Source: Candidatus Moraniibacteriota bacterium (GTDB taxonomy: Bacteria; Patescibacteriota; Minisyncoccia; Moranbacterales; UBA2206). Taken from it: a DNA stretch of 64,000 bases. The notes beneath the pieces were generated by a model, which ran no database searches, was not told where the DNA came from, and saw only the letters and a list, made by a program, of their open reading frames with translations. Positions 58,393-64,000 of this stretch are shown one piece after another. Every line of letters starts with the position of its first letter. The first letter of the stretch is position 1. Where the stretch lies: the NCBI GenBank assembly GCA_013334765.1, contig JAAXWW010000001.1, positions 39,816 through 103,815 on the forward strand, in the 5' to 3' direction. Both the position numbers and the translations under genes were made by a program.

Positions 58393-58698
58393 ATGAAGAT
58401 CAAAAAGAACGATACAGTCAAGATGCTTTCAGGGAAAGACAAATCCAAAACCGGCAAGGTCTTGAGTGTCGTTCCTAGCGATTTGAAAGTGGTTGTTGAA
58501 GGTTTGAATATAGTCAAGAAGCACGTCAAGCCGAGAAGGGAAGGTGAAACGGGACAAAGGGTGGAGATTCCAAGGCGCGTCGATGTTTCAAAGGTAATGC
58601 TTATCTGCCCGAAATGCTCGAAGCCGGCGAGAGTCGCTATCAAGATGGAAGGCGGCAAGAAGCTGAGAATCTGCAAGAAGTGCAAAGGAGAAATATAA
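58393..58698 (+). CDS. rplX: 50S ribosomal protein L24 with C-terminal zinc-ribbon (CPKC..CKKC)
   Basis: KOW motif MKIKKNDTVKMLSGKDKSKTGKVL. The C-terminus carries LICPKCSKP...ICKKCKGEI. Confidence 0.9.
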   Translation: MKIKKNDTVKMLSGKDKSKTGKVLSVVPSDLKVVVEGLNIVKKHVKPRREGETGQRVEIPRRVDVSKVMLICPKCSKPARVAIKMEGGKKLRICKKCKGEI

Positions 58699-58721
58699 TA
58701 GCAAATTCACCAATCAAGATT

Positions 58722-59261
58722 ATGGCATCAATCAAGCAAAAATATAATAAGGAGACTATCGCCGCGATCAAGAAGGAGTTCAAGCTCAAGAATGATTTCG
58801 AAGTTCCGAGAATAGAGAAGGTGGTTGTCAATGTCGGAATCGGAAGGCATCTTAAGGACGCCAATTTGGTGAAGGAGATTTTTGAAACCATAACGGCGAT
58901 TACCGGACAGAAGCCGGTTATGACCAAATCGAAGAAATCAATAGCAGGATTCAAGACTCGCGAAGGACAGGAAATAGGAATGCGAGTGACTATAAGAGGA
59001 AGGCGCAAGTGGGATTTCATAGAGAAGCTGATCGGCGCGGCTGTTCCTCGTATCAGGGACTTCCATGGAATCAAGAAAACATCAGTCGATGAAGGAGGAA
59101 ATTTCAATCTGGGAATCAAGGAGCAGATCATTTTCCCTGAAATAAACCCTGAACATGTCAGGAACACGTTCAGTTTCCAGGTCAATGTGGTGACTAACGC
59201 CAAGAATCGGGAGACAGGAATGGCATTGTTCAGGTTATTGGGATTCCCAATTGAGAAATAA
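58722..59261 (+). CDS. rplE: 50S ribosomal protein L5
   Basis: [23 protein letters not shown] start inside the longer ORF. Confidence 0.9.
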   Translation: MASIKQKYNKETIAAIKKEFKLKNDFEVPRIEKVVVNVGIGRHLKDANLVKEIFETITAITGQKPVMTKSKKSIAGFKTREGQEIGMRVTIRGRRKWDFIEKLIGAAVPRIRDFHGIKKTSVDEGGNFNLGIKEQIIFPEINPEHVRNTFSFQVNVVTNAKNRETGMALFRLLGFPIEK

Positions 59262-59278
59262 GTAATTATAAAGTTATT

Positions 59279-59464
59279 ATGGCGAAATTATCTGTTGAAG
59301 TAAGGGCGCAAAAAAAGCCGAAATTCTCTTCTCGTGAAGTCAGGCGTTGCTGGAGATGCGGAAGGAAACACGGTTATATGCGCGAATTCGATATTTGCAG
59401 GATATGCTTCAGAGAGTTGGCAAGTACCGGACAGATCCCTGGCGTGAGAAAGGCCAGCTGGTAA
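59279..59464 (+). CDS. rpsN: 30S ribosomal protein S14, zinc-binding type (S14 type Z)
   Basis: 61 aa, [23 protein letters not shown]. Confidence 0.9.
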   Translation: MAKLSVEVRAQKKPKFSSREVRRCWRCGRKHGYMREFDICRICFRELASTGQIPGVRKASW

Positions 59465-59545
59465 AGAAAAAAAGTTTGATTTAAATTGATAACTCCATCA
59501 GCCCTAGGGCTGACCGCCACTGGCGGAAATTTAAGCGAAGCGATT

Positions 59546-59950
59546 ATGTTAGATCCAATAGCAGAAATGTTAACAAGAATCAGGAACGCTCAGAGCGCGG
59601 GAAAGAAATCCGTCACTTTCGGTGCCTCCAAATTAAAGATGGCTGTCGCTTCTATCCTGGAGCGAGAGGGCTTTGTCGAATCGGTCGCTAAGGAAAACGA
59701 CGGCAAGTTCGATATGATAAGGATAGGCCTGAAATATTATACCGTATCGAACACCAAGAAGCTTCCTGCTATCAAGGGAATCAGGCGTATCAGCAAGGAA
59801 GGACAGAGGATCTATGTCGGAAAAAAGGAAGTGCATGGCGTGAAGAACGGATACGGAATCGGAATCATATCGACCTCCAAGGGAGTCATGACTGACAATG
59901 AATCAAGGAAAGCAGGTCTGGGAGGCGAATATATCTGCGAAGTCTGGTAA
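59546..59950 (+). CDS. rpsH: 30S ribosomal protein S8
   Basis: MLDPIAEMLTRIRNA start inside the longer ORF. Confidence 0.9.
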   Translation: MLDPIAEMLTRIRNAQSAGKKSVTFGASKLKMAVASILEREGFVESVAKENDGKFDMIRIGLKYYTVSNTKKLPAIKGIRRISKEGQRIYVGKKEVHGVKNGYGIGIISTSKGVMTDNESRKAGLGGEYICEVW

Positions 59951-59993
59951 TATTGAAAACAGCGGAATTTTTATAGATTAAATTATAGCGACT

Positions 59994-60536
59994 ATGTCTA
60001 AAATCGGAAAAAAGCCAATTGAAATACCGGAGGGTGTCGAAATAAGACTCGAAGGGGATATCCTATTCGCCAAGGGTCCGAAAGGAGAACTGAATGTGAA
60101 GGTTCTTCCTGAGGTTAAGCTGGAAATCGACAAGGCTCAGATCATCGTCAAGAAGGCTGATGAGCAGGCTTCTACCAATGCTTTCTGGGGACTCATGCGC
60201 GCTCTTATCAATAACATCATTGTCGGAGTGAAGGACGGATACGAAAAGAAGCTCGAGCTTCAGGGAGTCGGATTCAGGATGTCGGTTCAGGGCAGCAAGA
60301 TCAATATGGCGCTCGGCTTTTCCCATCCTGTCGAAGCGGAAGTCCCAGCCGGGCTGACCGCGAAGATCGAAGATAACAATATCCTGGTCATAAGCGGAAT
60401 AGACAAGCAGGCTGTCGGGCAGTTCGCTGCTGACGTGAGATCGCTCAAGGAAGTCGAACCGTATAAAGGCAAAGGTTTCAGATATGTCGGCGAGAAGGTA
60501 AGAAGAAAAGCCGGAAAGAAAGCCGGAACTAAATAA
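59994..60536 (+). CDS. rplF: 50S ribosomal protein L6
   Basis: MSKIGKKPIEIPEGVE..; two L6 repeats. Confidence 0.9.
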   Translation: MSKIGKKPIEIPEGVEIRLEGDILFAKGPKGELNVKVLPEVKLEIDKAQIIVKKADEQASTNAFWGLMRALINNIIVGVKDGYEKKLELQGVGFRMSVQGSKINMALGFSHPVEAEVPAGLTAKIEDNNILVISGIDKQAVGQFAADVRSLKEVEPYKGKGFRYVGEKVRRKAGKKAGTK

Positions 60537-60548
60537 ACTTGTATCAAT

Positions 60549-60893
60549 ATGAAAGAGAGCAGAAACAATTTGAGATTGAAGAGGAAGAAGCGCGTACGGG
60601 CTAAGGTTTCGGGTACTTCTTCAAGGCCTCGCCTCAGCGTTTTCAGGAGCCTTAGAGCTATAAGCGCTCAGGTTGTCGATGACGAAGCAGGAAAGACATT
60701 GGCTTTCGCCAGCTCGCGCGAAGGGAAAAACAAGAACGACATGGATGGAGCCAAGAATGTCGGGATTGCTATTGCTAAGAAATGCATGGAAAAGAAAATA
60801 GAAGAAGTTTCTTTTGATCGCTCGGGATACAAATATCACGGAAAAGTGAAAGCCGTGGCTGAGGGAGCGAGAGAAGGCGGACTTAAATTTTAA
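60549..60893 (+). CDS. rplR: 50S ribosomal protein L18
   Basis: RLKRKKRVRAK..G...RPRLSVFRS.. Confidence 0.9.
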   Translation: MKESRNNLRLKRKKRVRAKVSGTSSRPRLSVFRSLRAISAQVVDDEAGKTLAFASSREGKNKNDMDGAKNVGIAIAKKCMEKKIEEVSFDRSGYKYHGKVKAVAEGAREGGLKF

Positions 60894-60908
60894 CTTTAGG
60901 AAGCGATT

Positions 60909-61409
60909 ATGCCTAGGAATGATAAAAAATTCAGAGTAAAAAAGGAGAAGCCTGAGTTCGATCAGAAACTTCTCGACTTGGCGAGAGTCACCCGTGTCGT
61001 TAAGGGAGGACGCCGTTTCAGATTCCGCGCCACTTTGGTGATCGGGAACAGGAAAGGCAAAGTCGGTGTGGGAGTCGGAAAGGGATCGGATGTCACTGAT
61101 GCTATCAGGAAGGCTTTTGATGATGGAAAGAAGAACCTGATCAACGTTCCTATTCATGGAAACACCATAAGCCACGACATAGAATACAAATCAGGAAGCG
61201 CCAAGGTGCTTCTGAAGCCGGCTCCGGAAGGAAGAGGGATCGTTGCCGGAGGAGCAGTGAGAGCCGTTGTCGATTTTTCGGGAATAAAAGACATCGTTTC
61301 CAAATCTTTCGGAACATCCAACAAGCTCAATGTGGCCCGCGCGACTGCCGAGGCTCTTGAAAGTCTGAATTATTCGAGGAACAAGAAGGAAAGAACAGTC
61401 AAAGCCTAA
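60909..61409 (+). CDS. rpsE: 30S ribosomal protein S5
   Basis: ..RVTRVVKGGRRFRFRATLVIGNRKGKVGVGVGKG; 166 aa. Confidence 0.95.
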   Translation: MPRNDKKFRVKKEKPEFDQKLLDLARVTRVVKGGRRFRFRATLVIGNRKGKVGVGVGKGSDVTDAIRKAFDDGKKNLINVPIHGNTISHDIEYKSGSAKVLLKPAPEGRGIVAGGAVRAVVDFSGIKDIVSKSFGTSNKLNVARATAEALESLNYSRNKKERTVKA

Positions 61410-61438
61410 ATAAGAATATAACTACTTTTCTTTATACT

Positions 61439-61879
61439 ATGCAGCTACATGAATTAAAATTGAAAACCCCCAGGAAGTCCCGAAAGACTATCGGACGAGG
61501 AGGAAAAAAAGGTACTTATTCCGGAAGGGGAAATAAAGGACAGAAGGCTAGAAGCGGCGGGAATGTCAATCCTCTTTTTGAAGGCGGACGCTCGACTTTG
61601 GTTGATCACATGAAAAAGAAGAGGGGCTTCAAATCCCTTGTCGTGAAGAAGAATGTCATAGACTCGGCTGATCTTGAGAAGAAATTCCCGAAAGGCGGCG
61701 AAATAAGCAAGGAAACCCTTATCGCGGCTGGCATGGTCACTAAGGCCAAAGCGGAAAACGGAATCAAGATTCTTGGAAAAACGGAACTCAAGCAGAAATT
61801 TTCTATTGCTAAGGGCATCCTTCTTAGCTCTTCAGTCAAAGACGCTATCGCAAAGGCTGGCGGAGAGATAGCTTCTTAG
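61439..61879 (+). CDS. rplO: 50S ribosomal protein L15
   Basis: MQLHELK....RKSRKTIGRG...G..SGRG.KGQK.R. Confidence 0.9.
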   Translation: MQLHELKLKTPRKSRKTIGRGGKKGTYSGRGNKGQKARSGGNVNPLFEGGRSTLVDHMKKKRGFKSLVVKKNVIDSADLEKKFPKGGEISKETLIAAGMVTKAKAENGIKILGKTELKQKFSIAKGILLSSSVKDAIAKAGGEIAS

Positions 61880-62097
61880 GGAAATATTTCAGGACTTTCA
61901 TGTATTTATTTTTTGTCATCTCGAGCGCAGCGTAGCGAAGTCGAGAGATCTGTTGATGATTGTCAGGATTCTTTCAGGACATGGTATAATTTACAGGGTA
62001 TTGCTGGCAGATCCTTCGACTGCGTAAATATTCGCTTTGCTCATATTTACTCCGCTCAGGATGACATAAGTAAAATCAGTATAAAGGTCCTGATACT

Positions 62098-63375
62098 ATG
62101 AAAGATAAATTCACTCAAATATTCCGTGTACCGGAACTTAGGAACAAGATATTTTTTGTCTTGTCTCTTTTGATTGTCTTCAGGATCGTTGCTAATATTC
62201 CTGTTCCGGGCATAGATCAGGAAAGATTGCGGATATTCTTTCAAGGAAATCAGTTTTTCGGATTGCTTAATCTTTTTTCAGGACGCGGTCTCACTAGCAT
62301 TTCGATAGTCATGCTGGGAGTGGGCCCGTATATTACGGCGTCGATTATCATGCAGCTTCTCACTATGATCGTTCCGAAGTTGGAACAGATCCAGAAGGAG
62401 GAAGGGGAAGCGGGCAGGCAGAAGTTCAACCAATGGACTAGGTGGATCACTGTTCCTTTGGCGGCAATGCAGACTTTCGCCATGGTGGCGCTTTTGAAAT
62501 CCCAGGGGATACTGCTTCCTACGATCAGTAGTTTCGATGTCTTATCCATAGTCATTGTTGCTGTTGCAGGAACGGTTTTCCTTATGTGGCTCGGTGAGCT
62601 TATTACGGAAAAGGGCATTGGGAACGGGGTTTCTCTTATCATATTCGCTGGAATCGTTTCGGGCCTTCCGTCTTCGTTCACCAAGGTCTATTCAACGATG
62701 GACACGTCTCAGCTTTTCACTTATATCATTCTCCTAGCGCTTATTGTCGTAGCTATTGCGGCGGTGGTTTTCGTTACGGAGGGACAGCGAAATATCCCGG
62801 TGGCTTATGCGAAAAGGATCAGAGGCGACAAGACATATGGCGGATCGTCTTCGCATCTGCCGCTCAGGATCAATCAGGCGGGAGTGATTCCGATCATCTT
62901 CGCTTTGTCGATCATGCTTTTTCCTGGAATGATCGCTAATTTTCTGGCGAAGAGTTCCAATGCCGGCCTTGCTGATGTTGCTACGAAAATAAGCGTTTTC
63001 TTTTCTCCGACTAGCTGGAGCTATTGGGCTATATATTTCATTCTTGTGGTGGCTTTTACGTATTTCTATACGGCGGTCGTTTTCGATCCGAATAAGATTT
63101 CGGAAAATCTTCAGAAGCAAGGTGGATATATTCCGGGAATTCGTCCAGGAAAGAACACTTCGGATTATCTGTATAAGATAATGAACCGGGTCACTCTTTC
63201 GGGGGCGACTTTCTTGGGGCTTATCGCTATTTTGCCTTTCATTATTCAGTCTTTTACGAATATCGGTTCTATTTCTGTGGGCGGCACCGGTCTTCTTATC
63301 GTCGTTTCGGTTGTTATCGATACGATGAAACAGGTCGAATCCCAGCTTGTGATGCGAAACTACGAAGGATTCTAG
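62098..63375 (+). CDS. secY: preprotein translocase subunit SecY
   Basis: 10-TM profile, ..GVGPYITASIIMQLL.., the plug and hinge regions; 425 aa. Confidence 0.95.
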   Translation: MKDKFTQIFRVPELRNKIFFVLSLLIVFRIVANIPVPGIDQERLRIFFQGNQFFGLLNLFSGRGLTSISIVMLGVGPYITASIIMQLLTMIVPKLEQIQKEEGEAGRQKFNQWTRWITVPLAAMQTFAMVALLKSQGILLPTISSFDVLSIVIVAVAGTVFLMWLGELITEKGIGNGVSLIIFAGIVSGLPSSFTKVYSTMDTSQLFTYIILLALIVVAIAAVVFVTEGQRNIPVAYAKRIRGDKTYGGSSSHLPLRINQAGVIPIIFALSIMLFPGMIANFLAKSSNAGLADVATKISVFFSPTSWSYWAIYFILVVAFTYFYTAVVFDPNKISENLQKQGGYIPGIRPGKNTSDYLYKIMNRVTLSGATFLGLIAILPFIIQSFTNIGSISVGGTGLLIVVSVVIDTMKQVESQLVMRNYEGF

Positions 63376-63677
63376 CGTTGTTGTTTTTCATGATTTTTGA
63401 ATCCGGAAATTATACAGTCCAAAGGAAGCATTGTTATTGATTGAGTCGAGATATCATACATTTGCAAAAGAATTACTATTGTTTCTCTGAGGTAAGGCAT
63501 AATCCTAAAGATTTAGCAGGTCCGGAAATTATACGGTCCAGAAGAATTACTATTGCGACCGCGATGAGGGTAAGATTACTCTTGAGGCTGTTGAGACATA
63601 GTGATTTCTGTGTTGCGCTCAGTGAGTAATTCTCCTGTCCCGCATAATTTCCTCGGCATATAATTTATATATTATTT
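63376..63677. repeat. 300-bp secY-adk spacer with direct repeats
   Basis: TCCGGAAATTATACAGTCCAAAGGAAGCATTGTTATTG and TCCGGAAATTATACGGTCCAGAAGAATTACTATTG, plus a third partial copy GAATTACTATTG. Confidence 0.5.
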
Positions 63678-64000
63678 ATGAACATCGTCATTCTTGGCCC
63701 TCAGGGTTGCGGCAAAGGAACGCAAGCGGAAATGCTGGCTGAAAAGTTCGATTTGGAACATTTCGATATGGGCAAATCTCTTCGGAGAGTAGCTGAGGAA
63801 GATACTCCGCTAGGCAAAGAGATCTGGGAGATTCAGAATGTTTCCAGGACCTTGGTTCCCAAGAGGATAATGCAGGAGGTTTTCGCTTTGAAAATGAACT
63901 CAATCCCAAGGGAACAGGGCGTGGTTTTCGATGGGATGCCGAGGAATCTTGATCAGGCTCTGTATTTCGAAGAGGCGGTCAGGGAATTCGGCAGGAAGAT
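63678..64000 (+). CDS. adk: adenylate kinase (5' partial, runs off window)
   Basis: MNIVILGPQGCGKGTQAEMLAEKF... P-loop and NMP-binding region; truncated by the window end. Confidence 0.9.
   Translation, partial: MNIVILGPQGCGKGTQAEMLAEKFDLEHFDMGKSLRRVAEEDTPLGKEIWEIQNVSRTLVPKRIMQEVFALKMNSIPREQGVVFDGMPRNLDQALYFEEAVREFGRK

Noticed and set aside
61913-62101. 62-aa ORF between rplO and secY
   Set aside because: It has no RBS and an odd composition. The spacer is better explained by the promoter-like element and inverted repeat described in the findings.
1-64000. CRISPR arrays
   Set aside because: No series of regularly spaced identical repeats is visible anywhere. The only multi-copy repeats are pairs (island module repeats, the tRNA spacer, the secY-adk spacer).
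1-64000. GAATTC avoidance in the host genome as evidence for long-term EcoRI pressure
   Set aside because: GAATTC occurs frequently in core genes of this window (for example at about 1133, 2095, 7492, 9094, 9609, 10150 and 10466), so there is no visible site depletion. Protection must be by methylation, or the system is recently acquired.

Overview
The window reads as a low-GC, streamlined bacterial chromosome segment with Patescibacteria/CPR-like hallmarks, an inference from the features below: no L30 between S5 and L15, C+ zinc-ribbon forms of L28 and S14, a Zn-ribbon L24, K/E-rich extensions on L22 and S19, and tandem small VirB2/T4SS-pilin-like membrane proteins. Core content is a long housekeeping run on the + strand: nusA, ppaC-like DHH phosphoesterase, tig and clpP, then gpmI on the - strand, rny and hup; further on rpoB-rpoC, ftsK, a rodZ-like gene, recA and ndk; then the str operon rpsL-rpsG-fusA ... 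tuf and an S10-spc-type ribosomal operon through secY and partial adk. Three tRNAs are present: Ser-CGA, Pro-TGG and Gly-TCC. Several sigma70-type promoters and intrinsic terminators are readable. The most striking accessory feature is an AT-rich ~8 kb island (about 15.76-23.85 kb) sitting directly 3' of tRNA-Gly. Its large serine recombinase gene runs antisense into the tRNA 3' end. The island carries a complete EcoRI-family type II restriction-modification pair whose proteins align along their whole length with R.EcoRI and M.EcoRI. It also carries several unrecognisable genes, two sets of direct repeats that bracket individual gene modules, and a heavily structured 640 bp non-coding stretch. 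A second accessory insertion interrupts the str operon between fusA and tuf. It holds an AbiEii-type nucleotidyltransferase toxin with a translationally coupled small upstream ORF, an 891-aa membrane-anchored surface protein with a C-terminal FGE-sulfatase/C-type-lectin-like domain preceded by a poly-G tract, and a small Phd/YefM-like orphan. Four tandem T4SS-pilin-like paralogs at 3.0-5.1 kb and a lysozyme-like/amidase/phospholipase-like cluster at 24.3-27.1 kb are further lifestyle-related accessory content.
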